A DNA stretch of 64,000 nucleotides, from assembly GCF_009914755.1 (NCBI RefSeq), contig NC_060933.1. One strand, given 5' to 3'. Source of the DNA: the human T2T-CHM13v2.0 reference genome, Homo sapiens. Both the position numbers and the translations under genes were made by a program. The notes under the pieces are model-generated. The model saw only the letters and a list, made by a program, of their open reading frames with translations, was not told the DNA's origin and did not search any database. The stretch's first letter is position 1. The number at the start of each line of letters is the position of its first letter. Positions 36,120-49,260 of this stretch are shown here, piece after piece.

Positions 36120-37212
36120 TTAAGTAAATGGATGGTGGATAGTGGGAGCCTATTTCTCACTGTTGGAGGGGCCATTACAGACAAGCAAGGGAAGAAGGCT
36201 AGCATGATCCATGTGGTGGTGGATTAGAGTTGGAATCATTAATATGAACCCATGTCAACTTAATATAGATATAGATATATAATTCCATATAGAAATATTT
36301 AGAGATACGTGTATATACATAGGTTAGTCTAAACACATGTATTTTTTTGCACTGTCAGCTGAGAGTACCTAAGAGAAATAAGACTCCAATACTAATGAGC
36401 ACACCTAGCACCCAGATCTTTATTTCTAATACTATTTTCCAATAAACAGAACTTAGGGCTTCCTGGAGAAATGGCTGATTCTAGGACTGGGGCAGGAACT
36501 GTACAAGATGGACCTGTAGCATCTTGTAGTGGCAGAAAATAGGGAAGTACTCCAAACACACACATGCACACACACACACACACAAATTGATGGGGACATG
36601 TCAAGGATGCACAGGAGCCAAAGAAACAGCTTCCAATGGCCAAAGCTGGAACAATTTGAGCAACAAAATAAAGTAGCATTGGGTTATAACCCAAAGGATA
36701 AAATAACTATCCATGGGGCCATGCTGATATAAATAAATGAACGACTAATAAATGGGGAGAAGATATAACTCTCTTGTGCAGAATTCCAAATAAATTATGT
36801 AGATACTGCACCCTCAAGGAAGGGGAGCATAAGTACTGCGCCTTAGGGGTGGGCTGCACGTAGTGACTTCCTTCTAAAGTGTGCAGTTGGAAAGGGAGGA
36901 AAAAGAGTAACTTCACAAATGTACAAATCTTACAAACACTATCTCAGGCAGGTGATTAAGGACAACAGTAACAGTCGGAAGTCGTGTGGATAGTGCGTAC
37001 CTTTGATATGATGTAATAAGAATTGTATTTTACCTCTAGGGTTTTCATCCCCAAAACCCATAATCTCAACCTTATCATGAAAAAAATCAGACAAATCCCA
37101 ATAGCGGGGTATCCTACAAGATACCTGACCAGCTATTACCCCAAAATAATCATGGTCATCAAAAATAAGGAAAATCTAAGGAACGGTCACAGCAAAAAGG
37201 AGCCTAAGGAGA

Positions 37213-37602
37213 TGATATGGTTTGGGTCTGTGTCCCCACCCAAATCTTGTGTCAAATTGTAACCTCCAATGTTGGAGTCAGGGCCTGGTGGGAGGTGACT
37301 GGGTCTTGGGGATGGTTTCTAATGGTTTAGCACCATCCCCCTAGTGCTGTTCTCTTGTGATAGAGTTGCCACGAGATCTCGTTGTTTAAATTGGTAGTAC
37401 CTTTCCCCTCTCTCTCTTCCTCCTGCTCTGGCCATATGAAGACATATCAGCGCTCCCTCCACTGTGACTGTAAATGTCCTGAGGCCTCTCTAGCTATGCT
37501 TCCTGTACAGCCTGCAGAACTGTAAGCCAATTAAACTTCTTCCCTTGATAAAATACCCAGTCTCGGTATTTCTTTATAGCAGTGCGAGAGCTGACTAATA
37601 CA
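37213..37602 (+). mobile_element. MSTA-like solo LTR
   Basis: tgatatggtttgggtctgtgtccccacccaaatc ... gactaataca; TSD GGAGA / GAAGA. Confidence 0.9.
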
Positions 37603-37719
37603 GAAGAGATGATGATTAAACGTGGGATACTGGATGGGGTTCTGGAACAGAAACGTTAGGGACAAACTAAGGAAATCTACAGAAACTATAGACTTCAATT
37701 TTTAAAAATAACATTACTT

Positions 37720-38010
<291 letters not shown>

Positions 38011-38024
38011 AAATAACATTACTT

Positions 38025-38410
38025 ACACTTGCTAGGATGGCTATTTAAAAAAAAATACAAAAAACAGAAAATAAACATTGTCAAGGATGTGGAGAAATTG
38101 GAATCCTCAAACATTCCTGGTAGAAACGTAAAATAGTGCAGCCATTATAGAAAACAGTTGGCAGTTCCTCAAAAAGCTAAGCCTGAAGTTACCATATGAT
38201 CCACCAATTCTACTTCTAGGTATATACCCAAAGAAACTGCAAACAGGGAGTCAGAGACTTGTATAGAATGTTCATAGCAGCATTACTCACAGTAGCCAAC
38301 AGTGGAAACAAGCCAGTGTCCCTCAACAGATGAATGGATACACAAAATGCAGCATCTCCTTACAATGGATTATTTCGCGTTAAAAAGGGAAAGAGTTCTA
38401 ATACAACATT
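38025..38410 (+). mobile_element. L1M ORF2 3' fragment
   Basis: caaggatgtggagaaattggaatcc, accatatgatccaccaattctacttctagg. Confidence 0.85.
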
Positions 38411-38577
38411 TTAAATTTAACCTAAATGTATTAAATAAAGGACAGAATAAACTTGTGCTCAGAATTTTCCATTTCATTTTTTAAGGCAGAGTCATTTTTT
38501 TCACACATACTAGAAAATGTTGGTCCCATTTTAAGAGGTCTGACCTCATGGCCTTTCCTACTGTTAATACAATGACT

Positions 38578-38985
38578 TTTGTGGCAGAGTCTGCAAGCTC
38601 AGCATCAAACCTTCTTACTACTCTTCCTGGCATACTGCCAAATGGCATCTCCCAATCTTCCCTGTCACTAGGTTGTATTGTATGACTGTGTCTGGCCAGC
38701 AGGATGTACAGAGAGAAGACTCGTGCTGCTTCCAGATCCTTCCACAAGATTTTTAATGCTGGCCCCCTGAGGGGACCTGGGAAGCTGTGGGTTAGAGATG
38801 GAGGAGGCCTATCGACCTTGACCTCAGGATGACTGAGAGAGCAGAGGCCCCTCACTCACTTTCCCCCACAGCCAACAATCATCAGTGTTCATTCCAGACC
38901 ATCCATGATTGAGAAACCAACTTCTACTGTGTTAAGTCATTGAGATCTCAAGGTTTCTCTGTTTTGGCATTCCCTTAAATAATAC
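38578..38985 (+). mobile_element. Old MLT1 (J-like) LTR
   Basis: tgtggcagag...catctcccaatcttccc...aacttctactgtgttaagtcattgagat...aataca. Confidence 0.65.
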
Positions 38986-39147
38986 AATTGCTTATGCTGT
39001 TTCTATGTCCATCTTACTGATGAGGAAATGGAGGCTCTGAGAGGAGAAGGGATTTGTCCAGAGTCACATGGCCAGGAACTGCAGCTGTGATCAGAGACGA
39101 AGCAGAATCGTGGTCACGTGGGCTCAGGCTTAGGAGTGACTGCAGCT

Positions 39148-39678
39148 CTGTGAAAGTGAACTTGCCCAGTGAAACATCAGGTGTGATGAGACACACAAAC
39201 ATGAAGATGACTGTCATGAGGAAGAAGTTTTCATACAGATCCCTGGAAACAGGAGGCAGGGCAGGCTGTGCAGGGCCACACGGAGAAGTACCAGGTTGGT
39301 CAGGAGGCAGAGGGAGCACAGGGGAAACATGGACTCGAGTCTTCACTGGGGTTTCTGCTGGAAGAAATGGGTAAGTCCGGGTCAGCAGGCTGAGGATTGG
39401 CTGGTTTGAATCATTTCAGTGGGCTCTAGGGTACAGGGGCTGTCCCTGGCTGTCTGGTCCCTGCCCTGGGGTGAGGGCAGGTGGATGGTGGCCCAGAGTG
39501 CAAGGGCCCCAGAGAGGAGGTGGTGGGTGTGGGCTCTGGGTGGATTGGTCTGCATTGGAAGGGTGTGATCACAGAAATTTGCTAGCCCAGGTAGGGGCAG
39601 TGCAGTCCTCCAGCGTCAGCAAGGGTCAGATGTCAAAGCACCAGAACACAGAAAAGAAAGGCCTGGTTAAGAGCACAC
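39148..39678 (-). mobile_element. ERVL LTR (MER74-like)
   Basis: aggattggctggtttgaatcatttcagtgggctctaggg..caggggctgtccctggctgtctgg. Confidence 0.7.
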
Positions 39679-40004
39679 AAGGGCCCATCCCAGCTGCAAA
39701 GCTAACTTTGGACTTTACACTTGGCAGGTACCAGCTTCTTCCTAGCTTCCTGACCTGACTCTGAGCTTCTGTGGGGTGGAGCCAGAGGAGGCTTCTGAGT
39801 CCTGCAGACCTCCCTGTGGGTCACTGTGGCTGACAGGTGCCAGACTGGGAGGGGTCTTGAGTGTCAAGTTAAAGGAGTTTGAACTTTATGCTGGAGGTGA
39901 TGAACAGGGAGCCCTGGAAGATCCCTGAGCTGAGGAAGAACTTGATCGGGTCTCTGAATCAGGGTAATGAATCTGGCCACGGTGAAGGATATGAATTGGC
40001 ACAA

Positions 40005-40493
40005 GTAACAGTGAGCTACTGCAGCATAACAAACCACCTCAAAATCCAGGAAACATTCATCATTGCTCTTAGCTATGCCCACAGCTGGGTAGTTGGTTTG
40101 GGCTGGGCTAGGCTGGGCTGACTCAGGCATTGGAGGAAATTGTTGCCCACCCAGCTCATTTTGGCTGGCCTTTCACATATCCCATAGCTGGCTGGCGGGA
40201 GGCTGGTCCATGATGGCCTTAGCTAGTGTGGCTCCCCTCTGTTCCATGTGACTCTCATCCTCCAGCTGGCTAGTCCAGGCTTGTCTGCACCTTGTGTCAA
40301 GGTACCCAAAGAGAGGAGGGATGTGTGCCTGTCCTCTGAGGCTCAAGCTTGGAACCAGTGACTTCTAGCTCCACTGTGTTCTGTCACCACAAAAGTCAAG
40401 AGGCTGGCTGGGATTCATGGAGCAGGGGATCAACTTGACCTCTTCTTGGGAGGAACTGAAAGTCAGATTGCAGAGGATTGGACACAGGAAGGC
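40005..40493 (-). mobile_element. Old MLT1 LTR fragment
   Basis: gctactgcagcataacaaaccacctcaaaa...ctcatcctccagctggctagtccaggcttg. Confidence 0.7.
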
Positions 40494-41307
40494 TGCTAGG
40501 AACTGAATGTTTGTGTCCCCCCATATTCAAATGTTGAAATCCTAATCCCCAGTGGGATGGTATTAGGATGTGGGGCTTTTGGGAGATACTTAAGTCATGG
40601 GGGGGTGGAACTGACACTGAACCAATAGTCGTATAATCATATAGACAGTGATATATATATACATGTACAGAAATTGACCTTTCAGGTCTTAAAGCTTGAA
40701 ACTTACATTTGTTTTATCTGAGTTCCTTCCTCAGTGAAGAACTCTCAGGCCTTTCAAAAAAAAAGTATCAAAGAACTGAAACTCATCCAGACAATGAGAC
40801 GCCAGGCCCTTCATTCATCATAATTGTTTCCTTACCCCTCCCTAGTTCCTGGTTTTTTTATGTGTTATTACATTGCTTCCCTGCTATATAAACCTCTAAT
40901 TTTAGCTGGCCAGGGAGATGGATTTGAGATGGAGCTCCCATCTGCCCAGCTGCAGCACCCGATTAAAGCCTTCTTCCTTGGCAATACTTGCTGTCTCAGT
41001 GATTGGCTTTCTGAGAGAAGCAGGACGTAGACTGAACCCCTGGTGTTTCCATAACAGAGCCCTTGTAATGGGATTAGTGTCCTTATTAGAAGAGACACCA
41101 AAAACTTGCTTCTTCTCTGCACTCAGCCATGTGAAGATACAATGAGAGGAAGGCTGTCGGCACACCAGGAAAAGAGCCCTCACCAGACACTGGATCTGCC
41201 AGCACCTTGATCTTGAACTTTCAGCCTCCAGAACATTGAGAAGTGAATGCCTGTTGTTTAAGCCATCCAGCCTATGATAATTTGTTATAGCAGATCCAGT
41301 TGAAACA
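40494..41307 (+). mobile_element. MLT1A0-like LTR interrupted by an LTR47-like element
   Basis: tgctaggaactgaatgtttgtgtcccc ... cagcctccagaac ... tttgttatagcag. Confidence 0.8.
40612..41056 (+). mobile_element. Solo LTR (LTR47A-like)
   Basis: tgacactgaacc ... ggtgtttccataaca; ggtcttaaagcttgaaacttacatttg; TSD GAAC / GAGC. Confidence 0.75.
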
Positions 41308-41350
41308 GAGGTCTAAAGAGTTGGGACCATTCTCTGCAATCAATCTAGCA

Positions 41351-41551
41351 CAGGGGTTGACAAATCTGGCCTGCTTCCTGTTTTTGTAAATAAAGTTTTA
41401 TTGGGACATAGCCATACCCATTTTATTACATATCACCTATGGCTGCCTTTACACTACCAAAGCAGAACTGAGTGACTGACAGAGCCTCTGTGAGCTGCAA
41501 AGCCTAAATACTTTTTATTTGGCCATTTACAGAAAAAGTTTGCTGGCCCTG
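41351..41551 (+). mobile_element. MER58A hAT-Charlie MITE
   Basis: TIRs caggggttgacaaa ... tttgctggccctg; perfect 8-bp TSD ATCTAGCA at 41343-41350 and 41552-41559. Confidence 0.92.
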
Positions 41552-42539
41552 ATCTAGCACAGGATGAGGAAAATTGAAGGCCCAGAGATATTTTGGGAGG
41601 CAGCCAGACTCACCAGGGATGACCCAGACCAGGCTCAGCCCAGAGGCACTGGGACAGGCACTGAAATGGGTTAAGAAGCAGAAGCAGTGGAGTTCAAACC
41701 CCAGCACCCCCATCCTTCCTCACCGTGTGGTTCTGAGTGGGCCACCTCACCACCCAGCCTCAGCTTCAGGCTTGGAAAATGGTCAGAATTACAGCCACCT
41801 GGGGGTTTTCGAGGATTCAGAAAGAACATCCGTAAACACCCTTCCCAGAGCCTGGCACAGGTGAGGGCTCAGCAGAGAGGAGCCTGGCTTCCCAAAGCCC
41901 CATCAGGGTCTCCAGAGCAGCCCTGGCTGGCAGACAGGGGTCCCCTCCCACCTCCCTCCCGCTCTGCTGGGAGGACGCATTCCTGCAGCTGCGCATCTGC
42001 GGGCAGATCTGCTTCCCTATCTGTGTTCTGCTAATAAGGAGAAAACACACTTGGCGAGGTTAGACAAACAGCCAGGGAGTGATTGACACAGCCCCAGCCT
42101 CAGCCAAGCCTCTCCTGCCTGCACTTTGAGCTCCTGAGAAAATATCGTGTGTGTCCAGGCTCTTCCCCGTGCAGCGAGCTGTTTGCTTTCCATTAGCCTC
42201 AGATTGTGCCCTTTAGTCACACCACGTCCATCAGCACTGGAAAGGGAGGAGCCCGCTCTCAGCACACCCTGGGCCACATCGGTGCTGGCTCACATTTTCC
42301 CCTTTACTGTGGGGCATCCCAGCTGGTCTCAAAGTGTCCCTGGGTACCCTGGCCCTGGCCTATCCCACCCACCCAGTGCTGCCTCGAGCTGCTCTGCCAG
42401 GGGATCCCCCGTTTAGGCTCTGAGCCCAGGTGCCTCCTGGGCCACCTTGGCAGCTGAGTTGAGTTGGGCTGGGCCTGGGTTTGAACAGCTTCCTGGGTAG
42501 GTCTCCATGCAGTCAGGCTGGGAAGGCCGGGCCTGGGAC

Positions 42540-43283
42540 CTTGCCTTCCAAAGTGGGCAGGAGCCTCTGGGATGGACTGTTTCACCCAAGCGAGGCACAG
42601 ATCCTCCTATGAAACACCTCCATGGGCAGAGGGACCTGGGGCCCAGGGGCTGATGAAACTGCAAGGGAGCACTAGTTTCTGCTCAGGAGGTCCACAGCAC
42701 CCACTTGGTTTCTAAATTGGGTCTGCCCTGTGTCTGGGGTCTGACCTGGGTCTTCTCTGTGCATCCACATGGGGCCAGGGCCGGCGCTTGGCAGCTGAGT
42801 CAGTTGCCAAGGTGTGCAGCCTGGCAGGTGGTCTCACCTGTCAGGTGGGCTGACTGCTCCCACTGAGACAGGAGGAAGGGCCCAGCCTCAGCCTGGTCCC
42901 AGAGTGGTCTCAGCAGGAATGAACAGGCTGAGAACCCCGCCCCCTTCCTGCATCTCCCTGCTTCTCCCTGCAGGGCTCCCCTCACTTCTCCGCCTGCTTC
43001 AACCTTGGGGACAGTTGCTTCAGTCTCAGATCATAGCTTTTTAATGCCACATCAACACCGACCAGGCGGCTGCATCTGGGCTATTCATGATCATTTCCTA
43101 GATGTTTTTGAAGGTAATAGTTCGCAAAGCAGGGAACAGGGTTCAAGAATGATAAAAGAGTGGGTAGGAAAAGAGGTTTCAGAATCTAAAATCTTGCCTT
43201 CCAGAGTTGACAGGGACCTCTGAGATGGAGTGGTTTTCCCAGGCAAGGCACAGATCCCCCTGTGAAACACCTCCATGTGCAGA
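42540..43283 (+). repeat. Dispersed 91-bp direct repeat (42540-42630 and 43193-43283)
   Basis: Ungapped manual alignment, 76/91 identical. Confidence 0.9.
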
Positions 43284-43749
43284 TGGAGAAACTGAGGCTC
43301 AGCTTGGGAAGGTCCGCTGCCAAAGCCCCAAGAGATGGCTCAGGATTCCCACCCAGGCCCGTCTGAGCTCAAGGCACCACCCCCTCCATCCTCTACCCCA
43401 ATCCACAGAATGATTTTCAGCTTTGTGGCCCGTAATTTGGAAATCTGGTCATTTTGTGTCTTTCCTGGGCTCCTGTCCCCTCTCCGTGTGCTCATGGAGC
43501 ACATGGAGCACTCATTTGCTGGGTGTGCTGGATAAGCCACAGCTTGCTAGGGCCTCGGTTTCCCCATCTGTCCATGGGAATCTGAATGCCAGCCTGGTGG
43601 AGGCCTTGAGCCACCTGAGAAGGGCCCTGAGAGGTGCTGGTGGCTGCAGATGCCTGGGTGCCCAGGCTGCGCCCACTTGCCCTTTGAGGCCTCAGGCCTG
43701 AGGGCCATGTGCTGCCTGCCTCCCCAGGGTCTGCCTCTCTCCTCCATTC

Positions 43750-44045
43750 ACAGGAGGGGAAATTACCCATTAATGAGAGAGAATTACAAACGCAGCATCT
43801 GGCCCACCGCCCAAGGTCCCTGGGCGAGTAGGGAGGGAGCAATGGTGCTGGAAGGGGAATTGGAAACAAATGCACGGGGGTGTTTTCTTTGGTGGACCCG
43901 AAGTCCCCTCCCTACGCTGCTCCCCACCACTGTCCCAAATTTGGACTTTTACGGAAACAGATTTCATGCCTGGGCTTCCCATGAACTCTCTTAATTCAAT
44001 TGAGAGGCCATTATCGGCACTGGGAGTAATGGGCTGTTTCCGCAG
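43750..44045. promoter_or_regulatory. Candidate enhancer island (TAAT-rich)
   Basis: aaattacccattaatg, gaattacaaa, ctctcttaattcaattgagag and ccattatcgg in repeat-free DNA. Confidence 0.4.
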
Positions 44046-45374
44046 CCTGGAGGAGACCGAGGGGATGGGTGCACCTCTCCTCTGCAGGTGGGAGAAGACC
44101 GGGCTGAAGGCCCTACCCTGGTCAAGTCAGGCCGTGAGAGCTAGGTGCCCAGAGGGGTTGGAGGGTGAGGCTCAATGTGATTCCTTCGGTGGTGGAGGCC
44201 GGAGTGGGAGGCAGCAGTCCTGCTGGAAGCAAGAGGCAAAGGAACCCCAGATCCCACAGGTTCCTGAGAGGATGAGGCTGGTCCTGCCTCCTGAGAGGGA
44301 GTGCTGGGCCACAGCATGTGCCACCCAGTGGTCCTGCGCCAAGGGCACCAGGTGCCCCTAGTGGCCCTTGAGGGATTGGTGGAGGCAGCATCAGGGCCTG
44401 GGTTGGGAGGAGCCCTCAGCAGAGGTGCCGGGGTCCCTCTGCCAGGAATCACCCTGCCCATTCTGTTCCTTCCCCTGGATTCTCCCCCCACAACACGTTG
44501 CAGGACCCCTCCTGCTCATTCTCTGGTCAGAAGCCCCACAGCTCTCATGGCACCCACGACTGTTAGTGGCCCTGTCCCCCCTCCAGTCTGAGGGCTCTGG
44601 GAGTACAGAACCAGCACGAGGCCTGGAACAACACAGGGTACAGGTGGAGGCGGCTAGAGAGAGGCCCTGGAAGGTGGGCCCAGGTGCCTCCCGCCCCAAC
44701 TCCGGGCCATGTCTCCTCCCAGCAGAGGGGCTCAGCTGTCCGGCAGGGCCTGCAGAGTGAACTGGGAGACGGGTCAGCCCCTCAACCTCTCCCCAGGCCT
44801 CATCTATCATAGTGTCCTAGGGATGCCCCTGGCACCAGCCTCAGCAGGCCGGGCACCTGCACTGTGAGGGCAGGTGAGCCAATATCAGCAATGGGCTCTG
44901 CTCTGCAGAATGGGATCATAGTCCCACAGGTGGGAACTGGTGGGAGGAATGCATGGCCCCACCCCAGGAGAGGGCCAAGGCCTAGGAAGAGGAGGCTCAG
45001 GGGCTTGAGGCCCTGCAGAGCCACCTCCCCGTCCCAGCTGGCCTTTTCCACCCCTCAGGAGGCACTTGCCTCTGGGTCTCAAGGCAGGAGCCTGGTGAAT
45101 TCAGTGGCTGGTAGGCAGTTGCAGCCTCAGAAAGCAAAGCCTTTGGGGGCCTTTACTTTCCCTTTTGTTCTGAACAGGATTCAGAGCTGAGGCCCCAGAC
45201 AGCAGAGTGCAATGCCCAGGGCCCTCGAGGTGAGCTGTGCAGGAGTAGAGGTGAAGGGCAGCCCCGGCCCTAGTCCACACCAGACAGGTGCTGAAGGGGA
45301 TGGAGGCTAACCCAGTGTCTCCAAGTTCTCTGTTCCCTGGGAACATCTCTGGTTTTCTACACAAAATGGCTTGA

Positions 45375-46200
45375 GTGCCACCAAGCCCCCACATCTCCCA
45401 GCCTTGTTGGCCTCAGGTGGGCCATGGAACAATGGCCATGGGCAGAAGGGATGGGTGTCACTTCCAGGCTGGGGCAGGCAGGGGCCAGACTACATCTTCA
45501 GCTATTTCTTCCTCTGAGCTGGTGCCCAAGGGGCCATGTGGTACAGCTACAGAATGTGGAGCTGCCTGAGCCCGGGCCCCCAAGGGGCTGCGTGAGGAGC
45601 AATTCCCCAACTGACCACTGCATGAGAAATAAGCCTTTGTGGTGTCAAGCCTGAAAATGAGGTTGGTTGTTTCTGTGTCCAAGTACTGGTTTGGCACCAG
45701 AAATGGGGTGGCAACTAAAGCCAGCAAGAGTTTGTGGCACTGGTATAGTGTTTGCACACAAAGTGGGGTGCATCCCATGTCAGAGGCTGGAAGGATGAAG
45801 ACCCACATGGCCACTAGAACTTACCGAGTGACCGTGTGGCTTTGAGAGAAGAGATGGGAGGAACAGACATCAGGAGTTGGGGTGCCGGCTGCCATTGGCT
45901 GCAACTATCAAAAGATGACAGGACAGACAGGTGCTGAGGAGAGAAACTCGTCAGATTGCAAGCTGAACAGGAAAGGAGGAGAGGGTCCAGAAACTTGCCA
46001 GAGGTTAGAGAACCAAAGTGCTGCTTCTCAACTCCAAATATAGACGATGAACTGAAAAGGCCTTTGAGGGACAAATGCCTCCTAAAATCTTGCAACCCAT
46101 CACATTGCCTTGGGCACGATGGGACTGAAGGTGCATCTGATTCAGGGTCTTTGAGGCTGATAGCCTCAAGGTGGCCTTCTCTAAGACAGAGGGGTGGGGA
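45375..46200 (+). mobile_element. Old MLT1 LTR plus start of the internal region
   Basis: gggtgtcacttccaggctg, gagaaataagcctttgtggtgtcaagcc, then ttggcaccagaaatggggtgg. Confidence 0.6.
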
Positions 46201-46408
46201 GGGAGTGAGGGAGGGTGGAGATTCGTTTCCTAGAGCTGCCAGCACAAAGCACCTCAGGCCTTGTTGTGCTGGGTTAGGCCCCACCCTAGTGACTTCCTGT
46301 AAGTGTAGTCACCTCTTTAAAGACCCTGTCTCCAAATCAGATTGCATTCTGAGGTACCATGGGAGAATCTGGGAGGACACAATGGAGCCTATCACAGAGG
46401 GAGAATAA

Positions 46409-46452
46409 GGGGGAAGAGAGACTAGAGGCAGGGGGAAGAGAGACTAGAGGCA
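46409..46452. repeat. Perfect 22-bp tandem duplication GGGGGAAGAGAGACTAGAGGCA
   Basis: 46409-46430 is identical to 46431-46452. Confidence 0.95.
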
Positions 46453-48379
46453 GAGGGAAGGGGAGAGGGAAAGGCACACGTCTCGGAGCGAAAGCAGAGA
46501 CATACAGCAGAGACTGAAATTAGGCCTCAGAAAGCACTGCGGCCATCACAGCGGTCTGCTGGGAGCTCTGACTTCCTGTCGAAGACAACCTGAGCATGGT
46601 CAGGGCGTAAAACAAGCCCTGGGCTCCTGTCTGTCTCCAGGCTGGAAGTGGCTGACAGGGCTACGTGGCATCCAGAGACAGCCCAGTCCCCACCGCCCAC
46701 GATATGAATGGCCAGTGAGGTGATGGTGATAGGAGACTCTTCTAGGGGAAGAAGGAGGGGCCAGAGCAAACCGTGGACCAGAGAGCCGTGCCCAGAGAGC
46801 AGGAGCAGCTGCTCGTGGCTCGTTTCCCACCCAGAGCGGGGGCCCTGGCAGCGCAGGGTGTAGGAGGCGGCTTCCCCCATGGGGAAGAACTTGGTGGCAC
46901 CACTGTCACACAACAGGTTGAGGGGCTCCTGTCTGCAGAGGTGCTCTCTTGCTTGGGGCTGACAGCCCTTCCCTGGACCACCACAGTCTCCTATGGGAAG
47001 GAATGGGTGGCCTGAAGTTCTGAAGGACTGTGCATTTCCTAAGAACCTGCGGCTCTAGGTTTCCATTGTTCCAGGGTCCTGAGAGTGAAGAGTCTATGTC
47101 CTGAGGTCCTACCTTTCTAGGACTTGGAGGTGTGCTGGTCAATAGCCAGTACAGCAATGAGAGGGGCTGAGCAGAGCCAGGCTGGGGGAGGAGGCCTTGG
47201 GCCCATGTCCGGCTCTGGCCCCAGAATCACTGGGAATGGGCCGTCCCTGGAACAGCCTCCACCAGGAAAAGTAGGGGCGGTTCCAACACAACCCCTGGGG
47301 AAGGCAGCCAAGGCAGGCAGAACTTCAAATGCTTTGGGGTTATTTTATTTTATTTTACATAAGTGGAGGCAAAAATTGGTTTCTCGTGTGGTCTTAAGCT
47401 TTCCAAGTCATAACATCACTCCCAGCTCCTCCTGAAGGGAAGAGGCAGAGGCGGTGGGGGCTCCAGCTCCCCTCCTCATACAGAGCCACCTCCAGGCAGA
47501 GCAGCAGCAGTCTCCCCACTTGTTCACCCCTCAGGGAAGAGATGCCCTTTGTGCAAACCCCTCCTGGGCCACTCACTCCCCGTGTTACCTTGCCAGGTTA
47601 CCCAGCCTCTCCACATCTCAGTCTCCCAGTTTGCAAAACAGTCTGGTAGCGCCTTTCACAGGGGCTTCTATGCCTAAGACCATCTAGGGGCCGTGAGTCT
47701 CACAACAGCCCAGGGAGTCAGGCCTCTTACCTGGGGAGCCCTGGCTGGGGCTGGCTTCCTCTTGGTGGGACCTCGGAGGCAGCCTTTCCCTCCCATATAG
47801 CCCAGCCCACTCAAGGCAGGAGACCTGCTGGCCCAGTCTAGGGGGCCGGGGTGTACCCTTTGCTGCCTGAGCCTCCTTTCTCAGGGCCCTGAGCCATGGT
47901 CTCCCTTCCCTCCTCTACCCCTACCAGCCCCACATCACTCAGCCTCCATTTACCCTGAAGGGGAGGCTCCCAGGATGAGCACCCAAATGCTTCTGACTGG
48001 TCTCACTGCCCTACTCCCTTCCCTTCCCCTCCATCAGCCCAGACACCAGAGGAGAATTCCCAAACCCCAGCATGACCACACCCTCATCCTGCTCAAGTCC
48101 TTCACAGCTCCCTAGTACCCCCAGGACAAAGTCACCCAGGGCCCTCCGAGGTCCTGCCCCAGCTCAGCCTTGCAGACTCCTCTCCCTCCACTGCCCTCCC
48201 AACATGTCACCACGTCCCCGAAGGCCCATGCCTTCCTTTCCACCTTCCTTCCTGCCTCAGCCCCAGGCATCCCTGTGGAGCCTCCTGACCTCCAACCTGC
48301 CACCCCCAACCTCCCAGAGCTGCCTGTGCGGCACCTCCTAGGCTTTCTTTCCCTCACAGTTTGTGGTTGTTGACAAGCC

Positions 48380-49260
48380 GTAGCAGTTAGCTCCTGCTGT
48401 GTAACAAGTTACCCCAGCACTTTGTGGCTGAAATCCACAAGTCTACTTTTGCTCATGAGTCTACTGGTCAGCCAGTTCTTCTAGTCTCCACTGACCTTGC
48501 TGGACCCATCTGTGGGTCAGATGGCATTTGGCCTGGAGCTGGCCTCTGTATTCATTTCCATTGCTGCATAAAACTACCACATATTTAGCCACTTTAAACA
48601 CCACCGTCAGTCAGCGCACAGGTCCGCAGCTCAGAAGCCTGGCCTGGCATGTCTGGGTTCACTTCTCAGGGTCTCACAAGGCTGAATTGAGGTGCCAGCC
48701 AGGCTGAGTCCTCATCTGGAGGCTCTGGGGAAAAATCCGCTTCCCAGCTCATCCTTATTGGCAGAATTAAGTTCCTTGAGGTAAGAGGACCGAGGTCCTC
48801 ATTTCCTCCTTGCCCTCAGCTCCTAGTGGCCTCCCCCAGCCCTGGCTGTGTGGCTCCCTCCGTCTTCAAAACCAGCAATGGAGACTTCCTCAGATGAAAT
48901 TCTTCTCATGCTTTTGATCCCTGGCTGCCTGTCTCTGATGTCTAGACTGGATTGAAAGGGCTCTCCTGAGTAGGTTAGGCCCACCTGGGTCAGCTCCCTG
49001 TCAATTAAGGTCACCTGACTGGGACCTTGATGGCATCTGCAAACTCCCTTCACAGCAGCAACTGAGGAGTGTTTGAAGGACTAGGGCAAGGCATGTGTCT
49101 GCTGGAGGCTTGGAATCGAGGGATTCGTAGAACCCTGCCCCACCAACCTTGTTCTGTGCTGGCGTCGGCTGGCCATTTGCTAGAGCAAGGGAAGAGATGG
49201 GCCCCATCTTTCTCCACCTGGCAGATGTCTGATGGCAGAGGCTGTTCCAAGAGAAAAGCA
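48380..49260 (-). mobile_element. Nested MLT1 LTRs (E/F-like at ~48547-49145 inside an older MLT1)
   Basis: Two antisense MLT1 starts: ttagctcctgctgtgtaacaagttacccc and tgtattcatttccattgctgcataaaactaccac. Confidence 0.7.

Noticed and set aside
44343-44366. CTCF-like CCACTAGGGGCA on the minus strand
   Set aside because: It is one G short of the core spacing, so the match is too weak to call.
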